From positions 64,001 through 128,000 of the forward strand of contig CAWFDF010000011.1 in assembly GCA_963814585.1 (NCBI GenBank): DNA of 64,000 bases, read 5' to 3'. Under the pieces are notes generated by a model. That model was not told where the DNA came from, ran no database searches, and was given only the letters and a program-made list of their open reading frames with translations. The position numbers were made by a program, and so were the translations under genes. The first letter of the stretch is position 1. Each line of letters opens with the position of its first letter. The DNA comes from an uncultured delta proteobacterium (GTDB taxonomy: Bacteria > Myxococcota > Myxococcia > Myxococcales > Anaeromyxobacteraceae). Shown here in pieces: positions 40,618 to 53,500 of this stretch.

Positions 40618-42093
40618 ATGTCGAGGTTCGTGCTGGCCATCGACCAGGGGACCACCGGCACCACCGCGGTGCTGCTCGACCGGAAGCTGGCGGTGCGCGC
40701 CGCCGTCAACCAGGAGTTCCCGCAGCACTTCCCGCGGCCGGGCTGGGTGGAGCACGACCTCGAGGAGATCTGGGCCAGCGTCGGCGCCACGGTGAGGAGG
40801 GCGCTGCGGGCCGCCGGCGCGGTCGGCCGCGACGTGGCCGCCATCGGCCTCACCAACCAGCGCGAGACCACCGCGCTCTGGCGGCGCGCCGACGGCCGGC
40901 CGGTGAGCCGCGCCATCGTCTGGCAGGACCGGCGCACCACCGACGCCTGCGCCGCGCTCAAGGCGGACGGCAAGGAGCCGTGGGTGCGGGAGCGGACCGG
41001 GCTGGTGCTCGACCCGTACTTCTCGGCCACCAAGCTGCGCTGGCTGCTCGACCACGTGAAGGGGGCGCGCCGCGACGCCGACGCCGGGAAGCTGGCCTTC
41101 GGCACCGTGGACAGCTTCCTCTGCTGGCGGCTCACCGGCGGCGTGCACGTGACCGACGTCTCCAACGCCAGCCGCACCCTGCTCATGGACCTGGAGGCGC
41201 GCCGCTGGGACGACGCGCTGCTGGACCTCTTCGAGGTGCCGCCTGGCGTGCTGCCGGAGATCCGCTCCTCGTCGGAGACCTACGGCGCCACCCGCGGCCT
41301 CGGCTTCCTGCCCGACGGCATCCCGGTCTGCGGCATGGCCGGGGACCAGCAGGCGGCGCTCTTCGGGCAGGCCTGCTTCGCGCCCGGCGACGCCAAGTGC
41401 ACCTACGGCACCGGCGCCTTCCTGCTGCAGAACGTGGGGCCGAGGCCGGTGCACTCCTCGCGCGGCCTGCTGGCCACGGTGGCCTGGGAGGTGGGCGGCG
41501 AGGTGGCCTATGCGCTGGAGGGCTCCTCCTTCATCGCCGGCGCGGCGGTGCAGTGGCTGCGCGACGGGCTGGGCCTCATCAAGACCTCGGCGCAGATCGA
41601 GACGCTGGCCCGGCAGGTGAAGGACAGCGGCGGCGTGACCTTCGCGCCGGCGCTGGCGGGCCTGGGGGCGCCGCACTGGCGGCCGGAGGCGCGCGGCGTC
41701 ATCCGCGGCCTCGACCGCGGCACCACCGCCGCCCACCTGGCCCGGGCCACGCTGGAGGGCATCGCCCTCTCGGTCTTCGACCTGGCCGAGGCCATGCGCG
41801 TCGAGTCGGGGCAGCCCTTCCAGGACTTCAAGGTGGACGGCGGGGCCAGCCGCAACGACCTGCTCATGCAGGTCCAGGCCGACCTGCTGGGGGTGCCGGT
41901 GGTGCGGCCCAGGGTCATCGAGACCACGGCGGTGGGGGCGGCCTTCCTGGCCGGGCTGGCGGCCGGGGTGTGGGAGTCGCGCCAGGAGATCCGCGCGGCC
42001 TGGCGGCCCGACCGGCGCTTCAGGCCGCGGATGAAGCCGACCGACCGCGAGGCGATGCTGGCGCGCTGGCGGGCCGCGGTGCAGGCGGCGTAA
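40618..42093 (+). CDS. glpK: Glycerol kinase
   Basis: IDQGTT, TNQRETT, IVWQDRRT, YFSATK, GDQQAALFGQ, KCTYGTG, VDGGA. Confidence 0.97.
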   Translation: MSRFVLAIDQGTTGTTAVLLDRKLAVRAAVNQEFPQHFPRPGWVEHDLEEIWASVGATVRRALRAAGAVGRDVAAIGLTNQRETTALWRRADGRPVSRAIVWQDRRTTDACAALKADGKEPWVRERTGLVLDPYFSATKLRWLLDHVKGARRDADAGKLAFGTVDSFLCWRLTGGVHVTDVSNASRTLLMDLEARRWDDALLDLFEVPPGVLPEIRSSSETYGATRGLGFLPDGIPVCGMAGDQQAALFGQACFAPGDAKCTYGTGAFLLQNVGPRPVHSSRGLLATVAWEVGGEVAYALEGSSFIAGAAVQWLRDGLGLIKTSAQIETLARQVKDSGGVTFAPALAGLGAPHWRPEARGVIRGLDRGTTAAHLARATLEGIALSVFDLAEAMRVESGQPFQDFKVDGGASRNDLLMQVQADLLGVPVVRPRVIETTAVGAAFLAGLAAGVWESRQEIRAAWRPDRRFRPRMKPTDREAMLARWRAAVQAA

Positions 42094-42110
42094 CGGGCCG
42101 GCGGCGCGGC

Positions 42111-43496
<1,386 letters not shown>

Positions 43497-43565
43497 GGTG
43501 GAGGAAGGTAGCCCGCGGCTCTGACGGCTGGCCGTGTGGAGGGCGCCGGCAAGCGTCCGTTCTCG

Positions 43566-43599
43566 CTCGTCAACCCCCGGCGGCCGACGGGTTGACGAG
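43566..43599. promoter_or_regulatory. BirA-type biotin operator overlapping the -35 of the bioB promoter
   Basis: Perfect inverted repeat CTCGTCAACC-N14-GGTTGACGAG, matching the GTCAAC-N-GTTGAC BirA palindrome. TTGACG at 43592 with CATCCT 17 nt later. Confidence 0.8.
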
Positions 43600-43630
43600 T
43601 CCGATCCGGCCTGACATCCTCCGGCGCCTC

Positions 43631-44731
43631 ATGACCGCCACGTCTGCCGCGACCGCCCCGTCCGCCAAGCTCCCCGCCGGCATCGCCCCCATCTCCGCCG
43701 ACGAGGCCCGCCGGCTCATCCGCCACACCTCCGGCCCGGAGCTGGAGGCGCTGCTGGCCCGCGCCAACGCCGTGCGTGCCGCCGTGCACGGCGACGAGGT
43801 CTCGCTCTGCGGCATCGTCAACGCCAAGAGCGGCCACTGCCCGGAGAACTGCGGCTTCTGCTCCCAGTCGGCCCACTTCGCGGAGGCCACCGCGCCCGAG
43901 TACCCGCTCATGACCGCCCGGCAGATCGCCGAGCAGGCGAAGACGGCCGAGCAGGCCGGGGCGCGCGAGTTCTCCATCGTCACCAGCGGGACGCGGATGG
44001 CGAAGGAGGAGGAGCTGAAGACCATCGAGGAGGCGGTCAAGCTCATCCGCGAGGAGTCGGGCGTGGAGCCCTGCGCCTCGCTCGGGCTGATGCGCGCGCC
44101 GGAGCTCACGCGGCTCAAGGCGGCCGGGCTGATGCACTACCACCACAACCTGGAGACGGCGCGCAGCCACTTCGACCAGGTCTGCACCACCCACACCTAC
44201 GACGAGCAGCTCGACACCATCCGCGCCGCCCGCGACCTGGGCTTCCAGGTCTGCTCGGGCGGCATCCTCGGCATGGGCGAGACCCCCGAGCAGCGGGTCG
44301 AGTTCGCCGAGACCATCCGCGACCTCGGCATCCACTGCGTCCCGGTCAACTTCCTCAACCCGCGCCCCGGCACTCCCATGGCCGACGTCAAGGCCATCAC
44401 GCCGGAGGAGTGCCTGGCGGCGCTGGCGGTCTTCCGGCTGATGATGCCGGCGGCCCACATCTTCGTGATGGGCGGCCGCGAGGTGAACCTGGGCGAGCTG
44501 CAGCACCGCATCTTCGAGGCCGGGGCCGACGGCACCATGGTGGGCAACTACCTCACCAGCGCCGGCGGCACGCCCGAGCAGGTGATCGGCATGGTGGCGC
44601 AGGAGGGGATGTCGCTGCGCCCGCCCGGCACCGGTCGCTGGAGCTACACCGGCCAGGCCGACGGCGAGATCCACTGGAACGAGCAGGCCACGGCGTCGCG
44701 CAGGCCGCGCGGCCTGCCGGTGGTCCGCTAG
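43631..44731 (+). CDS. bioB: Biotin synthase
   Basis: [17 protein letters not shown] radical-SAM motif, [23 protein letters not shown]. Confidence 0.96.
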   Translation: MTATSAATAPSAKLPAGIAPISADEARRLIRHTSGPELEALLARANAVRAAVHGDEVSLCGIVNAKSGHCPENCGFCSQSAHFAEATAPEYPLMTARQIAEQAKTAEQAGAREFSIVTSGTRMAKEEELKTIEEAVKLIREESGVEPCASLGLMRAPELTRLKAAGLMHYHHNLETARSHFDQVCTTHTYDEQLDTIRAARDLGFQVCSGGILGMGETPEQRVEFAETIRDLGIHCVPVNFLNPRPGTPMADVKAITPEECLAALAVFRLMMPAAHIFVMGGREVNLGELQHRIFEAGADGTMVGNYLTSAGGTPEQVIGMVAQEGMSLRPPGTGRWSYTGQADGEIHWNEQATASRRPRGLPVVR

Positions 44732-44800
44732 CTCCTCCTCCGCGCCCGCCCTTCGACCGCGACCTCGATCCCCGCCCTCGTCACCCCGACCCCGCCCCGC

Positions 44801-45979
<1,179 letters not shown>

Positions 45980-46105
45980 CGGCGCCCCTCGCGGAAGGCC
46001 AGCGAGGACCGCAGCAGGAAGCAGGTGGAGCAGGTGGCGCGCCGGTGGTCGCGAACTTCCCTTCCGGCACCGTCCGTCGCATCCTCGCCCGGTAGGGATC
46101 GACCC

Positions 46106-46789
46106 ATGACCGCGCCTCGAGCCCCCGAGCCTTCGCCCTTGCCAGGAGGCCCGCCCGCGCCCGGACCGTCCGCGGTCCGGGGGGCTGGTGGACTGCCCGC
46201 GGCCTTCGGTCACGCGCTGCGGGGGCTCAAGGAGGTTGCCGGGGAGCGGAACATGCGCCTCCACCTGCTGGCGGGCACGGCCGTCGGCCTGGTGGGCACC
46301 GAGCTGCCGCTGCCGCTGGCGTCGCGGCTGGCGCTGCACCTCTGCACCGCGCTGGTGATCGGGGCCGAGGCGCTCAACAGCGCGCTGGAGGCGCTGGTGG
46401 ACCTCCACACCGTCGAGCTCCACCCCCAGGCCCGGCGGGCCAAGGACGCGGCGGCCGGCGCCGTGCTGGTGCTGGCGGTCGGGGCGGTGCTGGTGGCCGG
46501 GGTGGTGGCGCTCGACGCCCGCCAGGCCATCGCCGCGTGGCTGGCTCGGCCGGGCTGGGAGCTGGCCCTGGCGCTCGACGTGGCGCTGCTCCTCGGCATG
46601 TCCCTGGTCCAGGTGGCGCCGCGGGGATCCCCGTGGTGGAGGATGCTGCTGCTGGGCGGGATGGGCGTGCTGCTGGTGGCGGCCTTCACCCGGAGCGCGT
46701 CGGTGACGCTCACGGCGCAGGCGGCGGTGCTGGTGGTTTGGGCGGCGGTGGCGGGGAGGGGCGTCACCTCGAGGCGCGACGTCAACTGA
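46106..46789 (+). CDS. dgkA: Prokaryotic diacylglycerol/undecaprenol kinase family protein with extra C-terminal TM segments
   Basis: F.HALRGL....ERNMRLH, EALNSALEALVD, AKDAAAGAVL. Confidence 0.8.
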   Translation: MTAPRAPEPSPLPGGPPAPGPSAVRGAGGLPAAFGHALRGLKEVAGERNMRLHLLAGTAVGLVGTELPLPLASRLALHLCTALVIGAEALNSALEALVDLHTVELHPQARRAKDAAAGAVLVLAVGAVLVAGVVALDARQAIAAWLARPGWELALALDVALLLGMSLVQVAPRGSPWWRMLLLGGMGVLLVAAFTRSASVTLTAQAAVLVVWAAVAGRGVTSRRDVN

Positions 46790-46922
46790 GGCTGTGTCTC
46801 ACGGGACGAGCCCAGGTACCTGCTTAACTGGTAGCATGGCGCCTTTCGCAGCCGACGCCATGCCAGGTCACCCCCGTGAACTTGATGCCCGCGAAGCTTG
46901 CGGGGTATGTGTCCCCTCTCCC

Positions 46923-48527
46923 ATGCGCACCCCGATTCGCAGGTTCGTGGCGCTGCTCCTCTGCTGCCAGCCCGTCTTCTGGATGAGCGACGTGGCGCTG
47001 GCGCAGAGCGTCCAGCAGGCGCAGGGGACGCTCGCCACGTCACCGTTCCCTCCAGCGGGCACGGCGGCATTCCCTCCAGCCGGCACGACGGCGTCGGCCT
47101 CAGGAATGCAGCAGGGCTCCCTTCCCGAGACGGGACTTCCGGAGCGGATGGCCTTGACGGGTCCGACGGCCTCCTTGCCGCCCGTGGACCAGCTGGTGGA
47201 CCCTGAGACCTACGTCTGTGGCCCCGGAGACGTGCTGGACCTCGCCTTCTGGGGGCTGCAGAACTTCAAGCACCGCGTGACCATCGACCTGGAGGGACGC
47301 GCCTTCATCCCGCGGATTGGCTACCTGTCGCTCGGAGGCCAGAGCCTCTCCCGGGTCCGCGCCTCGCTGCGGGAGTCGGTCGGCCGCTACTACCCCAGGC
47401 TCGGCTTCGACGTGGCTCTCGCCGAGCCCCGCACGTTCCTGGTCCAGGCGGTCGGCGACGTGGCCCGGCCCGGCAGCTACCCTGCCCGTGCGGTGGAGCG
47501 GGTCGCCTCGATCGTGCTCCGCGCCGGTGGCCTCGGCCCACACGCATCCAAGCGGCGCATCGAGGTGCGCCGGAAGGGTGGCGCCGTCCTGCCGGTCGAC
47601 CTGGAGCGCTTCCAGCTCGAGGGGGACGTCAAGTTCAACCCGTTCGTCCTCGACGGCGACATCGTCCACGTCCCGTTCGAGGAGCTGACGGCCAAGGTCG
47701 ACGGCGCGGTGAACCGGCCAGGGCGCTACGAGCTGACGGGGAGCCGGGACCTGACCGAGCTCCTGTCCCTGGCCGCCGGGCTCTCGCCGTCGGCGACCCG
47801 GCTCATGCCGGTGGCGGTGGTCCGGCGCGGCGTCAGCGACGCGCAGGACCTGACGCTGCTGCCCTTCTCCGAGGACGGCAAGCTCCCGGCGTTCGCTGTC
47901 CGCCAGGACGACTCGATCCGCTTCCCGAGCTTCGACGAGCTGCAGCGCTCGGTCATGGTGGTCGGCGCGCTGGCCGGCGTGGCCACGCCGGACGAGGGGA
48001 CGGCGACCAAGCGGCTCGCCTTCGTCGAGGGAGACTCGGTGCGGACGCTGCTGGATCGCGTGGGCGGCGTCGGCCCGCTGGCGGACCTGAGCGGCTCCTA
48101 CCTGCTGCGCAGCGGCGACTCCATCCCGGTCGATCTCCACGCGCTCGTCATGCTGAAGGACCTCAAGGCCGATCGGCCGGTCCAGCTCGGCGACACGCTG
48201 GTGGTGCCGTTCAGGCGCCGCAACATCCTGGTGGAGGGGGCGGTGTTCGCCCCGGGGCCGTACCCCTACAATCCCAAGTTCGGGGTGGAGCAGTACCTGG
48301 CGCTGGCGGGCGGCCGCAACCGCTTCGCCATGGACCTGGACGAGGTCCGGCTGGTCACGTCGAATGGCGAGACCAAGATGTTCATGAAGGATCTCAAGGT
48401 GGAGCCGGGCTCGGCGCTGGTCGTGCCCGAGCGGAACTTCTCCCGCTCCGAGATCGTCTTGATCGGCCTGACCTTCGCCAGCGTCCTCATCAGCGGCGCG
48501 ACGCTGTACGTCACGGCCAAGAAGTGA
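46923..48527 (+). CDS. Polysaccharide export protein, Wza/KpsD-like with SLBB domains
   Basis: Signal peptide; YVCGPGDVL, G..FIPRIG, repeated G.V.RPG.Y...AGG...GD SLBB modules; C-terminal helix. Confidence 0.88.
   Translation: MRTPIRRFVALLLCCQPVFWMSDVALAQSVQQAQGTLATSPFPPAGTAAFPPAGTTASASGMQQGSLPETGLPERMALTGPTASLPPVDQLVDPETYVCGPGDVLDLAFWGLQNFKHRVTIDLEGRAFIPRIGYLSLGGQSLSRVRASLRESVGRYYPRLGFDVALAEPRTFLVQAVGDVARPGSYPARAVERVASIVLRAGGLGPHASKRRIEVRRKGGAVLPVDLERFQLEGDVKFNPFVLDGDIVHVPFEELTAKVDGAVNRPGRYELTGSRDLTELLSLAAGLSPSATRLMPVAVVRRGVSDAQDLTLLPFSEDGKLPAFAVRQDDSIRFPSFDELQRSVMVVGALAGVATPDEGTATKRLAFVEGDSVRTLLDRVGGVGPLADLSGSYLLRSGDSIPVDLHALVMLKDLKADRPVQLGDTLVVPFRRRNILVEGAVFAPGPYPYNPKFGVEQYLALAGGRNRFAMDLDEVRLVTSNGETKMFMKDLKVEPGSALVVPERNFSRSEIVLIGLTFASVLISGATLYVTAKK
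47046..47093 (+). repeat. 24-nt tandem duplication within the export protein linker
   Basis: TTCCCTCCAGCGGGCACGGCGGCA / TTCCCTCCAGCCGGCACGACGGCG (FPPAGTAA-FPPAGTTA). Confidence 0.8.
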
Positions 48528-49714
48528 CCCCACCGGTGGCCATCCAGATCGATCTGTCCTTCCTCAGGAGTCGGACCTCGCAGCGGCGCATGGCTGCGGT
48601 GTGGGTGGGCTGCGTGGCCTGTGGCTGGCCTACGCCTTGCTGGCCCCGAAGTGGTACGTCTCCGGCATCGTGGTGGTACCCGCCCGCCCGTCGACGGCCA
48701 GCGGCTCTCGAGCATCCTCGGTGGAGAGCTGGGAGGCCTGGCGTCGGCGGGTCTGGATCCCGGCTCAGGCTCGACCGCCGATCCAGCCGCGCATCGCCGC
48801 GGTGCTGCAGAGCAATGCGGTGGCGGACGCGGTCATCGAGAAGTTCGACCTCAAGGCCCGTTACCGCGGTCGATTACATCGAGGACGCGCGGGAGGACCT
48901 GTGGCGACACTGCGCGGTCAAGGCGATCCCCAAACCGAGCCTGGTGCAGGTCACCTGCGAGGACAAGGAGCCGATCTTCGCCAAGGATATGCTGACCTTC
49001 CTCGTCCAGCGGGGCAACGAGGTCTTCCGAAGCGTCAGCGTCGGCTCGGCCTCCGAGGAGGTGCGGTTCCTGGAGGCCAGGGTAGGCCAGCTCCGAACCC
49101 AGGCCGACTCGTCCTCGGATCGCATGCGGGAGTTCCAGGAGACGCACGGCATCATCGACCTGGACACGCAGGCCCGCTCGGTGGTCTCGGCGCTGGCGGG
49201 TCTCCAGGGCCAGCGCATCAGCAAGCAGCTGGAGCTCGAGTACGCCCGGACCTTCTCGGCTGCCGACGAGTCCTCCATTCGCCAGCTGGAGTCCCAGCTG
49301 GCGCTGGTGACCGAGAAGCTCCGCAGCCTGGAGAGCGTCGATGCAGCGCCGAACCGGCCAGTCGGCAAGAAGGCGTCCCCGCCAGGGGTCTTCCCGAAGG
49401 CCGTCGAGGTCCCGCAGCTGCGCGCGGAGTTCGAGCAGCTCTACCGCGACAGGAAGGTGGCCGAGGCCACGCTCATCGTGGCGCTCGAGCGGCTGGAGAA
49501 CGCCAGGGCGAACGAGGCCCGGGACGTCTCGACCTTCGTGGTGATGGACCCCGCCACCCTTCCAGCCAGGCACGCCCGACCCAAGCGGGGATCGGCCGTC
49601 GCGCTCTCGGCCGTCCTCGGAATGCTGTGCTCGCTCCTGCTGGAGTGGTACCTCACTGGCGGTAAGTCCCTGCTCTTGGGGAGAGTGGCGCGGATTAGGG
49701 CTGAAGCGCCGTGA
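48524..49714 (+). CDS. Polysaccharide co-polymerase / chain-length determinant (Wzz/GumC-like) with compensating indels in the 5' part
   Basis: N-terminal TM, PKWY, LQSNAVADAVIEKFDL, coiled coil, DPATLP..ARPKR plus C-terminal TM; native-looking peptide switches frames four times between ~48620 and ~48875. Confidence 0.82.
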   Translation: MTPPVAIQIDLSFLRSRTSQRRMAAVWVGCVACGWPTPCWPRSGTSPASWWYPPARRRPAALEHPRWRAGRPGVGGSGSRLRLDRRSSRASPRCCRAMRWRTRSSRSSTSRPVTAVDYIEDAREDLWRHCAVKAIPKPSLVQVTCEDKEPIFAKDMLTFLVQRGNEVFRSVSVGSASEEVRFLEARVGQLRTQADSSSDRMREFQETHGIIDLDTQARSVVSALAGLQGQRISKQLELEYARTFSAADESSIRQLESQLALVTEKLRSLESVDAAPNRPVGKKASPPGVFPKAVEVPQLRAEFEQLYRDRKVAEATLIVALERLENARANEARDVSTFVVMDPATLPARHARPKRGSAVALSAVLGMLCSLLLEWYLTGGKSLLLGRVARIRAEAP

Positions 49715-50566
49715 CCCCCGACTGGCTCTCTCGGGGCACGAGAGATCGCACCGAACTGAGGCCAGTTGGCGGCCGTGCCGCCTCCACTCGCCACCAAATA
49801 CCTTCGGATTCCGGAACCAACGCCGTCGGAGTTCCTTATCGTCCCTGCTTGGCGGGCCCTGAGTCCAGGCCACCGGGGCGTCGCGGCCTCAACGCGTTCG
49901 CTCCATTACCCGCTTGAGGATCTCGGCGTATCACCCGCTCCCACTGGCCGGGGAATCGCCAAGGCAATCCGTGGCCATCAAGCCATCGGATGGCATCGGC
50001 GATGTTCCGGGTCGGATCGGAGCCGGCAACAATGCTTGAGCCCTTTTCCACGGTCAGTGGGCGCACTGTCCTCTCCCACATTGTGACGTTCCGGTGGACT
50101 GGCTCGCTCCGATATTGAGGAGCTGGGCCACCGCGCGTTCTAGGGGGGACCGGTACTCGAAGCGGAATCCCACCCGGAGGCCACCCTCCTCAGCGGTCGA
50201 TTCCCAAAGGGATGGGACCCCACAGTTGCAGAAGCATGCCGCCCCCGGGGTCCACACTATCGTGACGTGTCCTCCTTGCCCTCTCGACGCCTCCCCACGG
50301 ACTGGTCCTATCCGAGGCTGAGGATCCTCTTGGTGCCAAGGACGGCTTAGTCACTTGATCGGGCGACATCTAAGGCGCGGGCGGTCACTGTAGAATTCCA
50401 GGAGACTGATTCACTTGTGGTATCGGAGTCGATTCTCGCGGTCCCCCTCGGATGAAGTGCGCTGGTGCGCGGAGTGCCTCGCCTTGCGAGGATGACCTCT
50501 GGGCCCGGGGACGGGGATGCTCCCTTTCCAGGGTTGAACGTCGCGGCAGTGGAGACGGAATCAGAC

Positions 50567-53500
50567 ATGACCTTCCTCCAGAAGAGATCGCTCTTGCCGG
50601 CAGTAACGCTCCTCCTGCTGGCCGCTTGCGGTAGACCCGGTCCAACCGCGGCTCGATCTCTCAGAATATCCCCCGCCTCATTGACGCTGCCGGTGGGAGG
50701 TCTCGGACTCGTTCAAGCGTCCGTCGATGGCGGCGGCGAGGTCAGTTGGACGACAACAGGCGGATTCCTCGATGGCGCGGGGTATTTCCACGCCCCGATG
50801 GCCGCAGGAACGTACAGCGTCATCGCAACGAGCCTGTCCGATCCCCCCATATCCGATTCAATAGCCGTTGAAGTACTCGACATGAGCGTTGTACTGGCTC
50901 CAGCGAGCACCAAAGTGATCACGGGGAGGGAAGTCCAGTTCACGGTAGCAGTGACCGGCTGGAATGATCCCTCCGTGACCTGGACGGCGACCGGTGGCAC
51001 CGTCGACGAGACTGGGCGATTCACGGCGCCTCTCGAGCCAGGAACCTTTACGGTGAGCGCCACGAGCCGCGCCACCGCCGCCAAGGTAGCCACCGCGACG
51101 GTTGATGTGCATGAAGTCTCCGTTGCCATCGATGCCAGCGCGACCGAGGTGCTTGCCGGTCAGGTACTGCAATTCGATTCAATCGTGACCGGCTGGCCAG
51201 ATAGCCGCGTGGACTGGTCCTCCTCCGGGGGAGTCATCGATCAGGACGGGCGCTTCACTGCTCCTTCCACGCCTGGCGTCTACGCGATTACTGCAACAAG
51301 TCACGCTGACAGCAGCCGATCAGCCACGGTAGCCGTCAGGGTGGGCGAGATCGTGCTTGCGGTCGGTCCTCAAGGCGCCGCGGTACTGACGCAAGGTCAA
51401 CTGCAGTTCAGCGCCACCGTGGCGGGTTGGCCAGATGGCGCGGTAATCTGGTCGACCACGGGAGGCACCGTGGACTCGAACGGGGTCTTGCTGGCCCCAG
51501 CATCGCCAGGCCATTACAGCGTCACGGCGCACAGCGCCATCGACCCGAGCAAGTTCGCTTCCGCCGAGTTCACCGTTTCTCAACTCGCCATTGCGGTCGC
51601 GCCCGTCGCGACGGAGGTACTCACCGGGCAGCGGCTGCGTTTCACGGCAGAGGTGACCGGGTGGTTCGATACTGGAGCGACCTGGACTGCGTCGAGCGGG
51701 ACGGTCGATATCAACGGCCTCTACACCGCTCCGGATCTTCCGGGCGTCCAGACGGTGACCGCCACGAGCATTGCAGATCCGAGCCGCTCGGCATCCGCCT
51801 CGGTGGTGGTGAGCGAGTTGCTCGTCAGTTTGGCCCCATCAGCGATGGCGGTTGCGCCGGGGCAGCAGCGCCAGCTCACGGTGTCAGTGAGCGGCTGGCC
51901 CGATCGTTCGGTGTCCTGGACCATCCCGGAGGGCTACCCCTGTGGCTCAGTGTCCTCCAGCGGTCTCTATACTGCTCCCTTGATGGTGATCGCGACCGCT
52001 TGCCATGCCATCGCGGTTGCAGCTGCCGACCCGACCAAGAGCGCCTCAGTCACGATCACGGTGGCGCCGCAAGCCCACCCGGACGCCGGGATCGCAACCC
52101 TGCGATTGATCCTGAGCGGGCAGATCCTCGATGACAACGGCGCAACTGGGGACATCCGCTCGTACTTTCGGTCCAGTCTCCCTGTGGTATCGGTGCCGGC
52201 CGACCTCACGGCGTGGCAACAAGACGTCTCGACGCTTCGAAGGCGGTTTCTCGACGAGGTGGTATTCGCCGGGCGCGCATCCGAGTGGAGGGACGCTTCA
52301 ACCCGGGTGGAATGGCTGGAGCGGATCGACGGCGGGCCCGGCTACCAGATCCGCAAGCTGCGATACGAGGCGCTCCCCGGGCTCTGGATCCCGGGGCTCC
52401 TTTACATGCCCACCGGCCTGTCAGGTCCGGCGCCAGCCATGCTCCACCCGGTAGGGCATTCCCCGGAGGGGAAGGCAGAGGTGGCGCTGCAGGCGCGCTG
52501 CATCAACCTCGCGAAGCGCGGCGTGATCGGCCTGAGCATCGACTGGTACTGGACCGGCCAGTTGGGCACCGTGCCAGATGCCACGTCTGGCTTCACCCAT
52601 GGACTGCTGCATCAGATAAGCTTGGCTGGGGCCAGCGGAATGGCACCATTTTACCTGGCGCTATCTCGTGCTGTCGACGTGCTGGAGACTCTGCCAGAGG
52701 TCGACGCCGCCCGTATCGGCGTAACCGGGCTCTCCGGAGGAGCATGGCAAGCCATCTGGCTCGCGGCGTTGGACCCCCGAATCGCCATCACCAACACCGT
52801 CGCCGGCTTCTCCCCGCTTTCCACCTGCATGGAGTTCTACAAGGACATCGGCGACTTCGAGGAGCTACCAGTCGATATGGGCTCGGTTGGGGATTTCACG
52901 CACCTCGCCGCGATGGCGGCTCCGAGGCCCCTGCTGCTTGTCAACAACGCCTACGACGACTGCTGCTTCGGCGCCGACCATGCGCTGCAGCCCGTTTACG
53001 AGGCGGCCCTCCCAGCCTATCGATTGTATGGCGTGCCCGACTCGCTTCAAACGCACGTGAACTACGCACCGGGAACGCACAATTTCGGGCGTGACAACCG
53101 CGAGCAGCTCTACCGGTTCGTGGGTGACTTCTTCTTCCCCGGAGATGCGTCGTGGGATCCGATTGAGGCAAGCCCAGGTGAGATCAAGACCGAGGACCAG
53201 CTGAGAGTAGAGTTGCCCCTCGTTCAGACTGACTTCCGATCGCTGGCGCAGCAACTGGCGGCCACCCTCCCTGCCCGCGCGCCAACCGCACAGCGGGTGG
53301 CGCAGGTCGTGCGCAGCCACGTCTGGGATGCAGAGTGGCTGCGGACCGACGCGCCGGAGCTGGCCGGGGAGGTCGTGGTCCGCCGGCGCACGCTCCGGAT
53401 CGGAGCGGCCTGGACGGTGCCTGCCGTGGAGCTCGAGCTGCCTGGCGCGCGCGAGGACGTCATTGTCATGGCGGATACTGGACGCGCCGGCGCTGCCGCT

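Noticed and set aside
46787..46801. TGAGGCTGTGTCTCA at the island boundary, resembling an IS end
   Set aside because: Short, with no partner repeat or transposase in the window.
49658..49668. ops/JUMPstart-like GGCGGTAAG
   Set aside because: Imperfect and inside a coding region rather than a leader.
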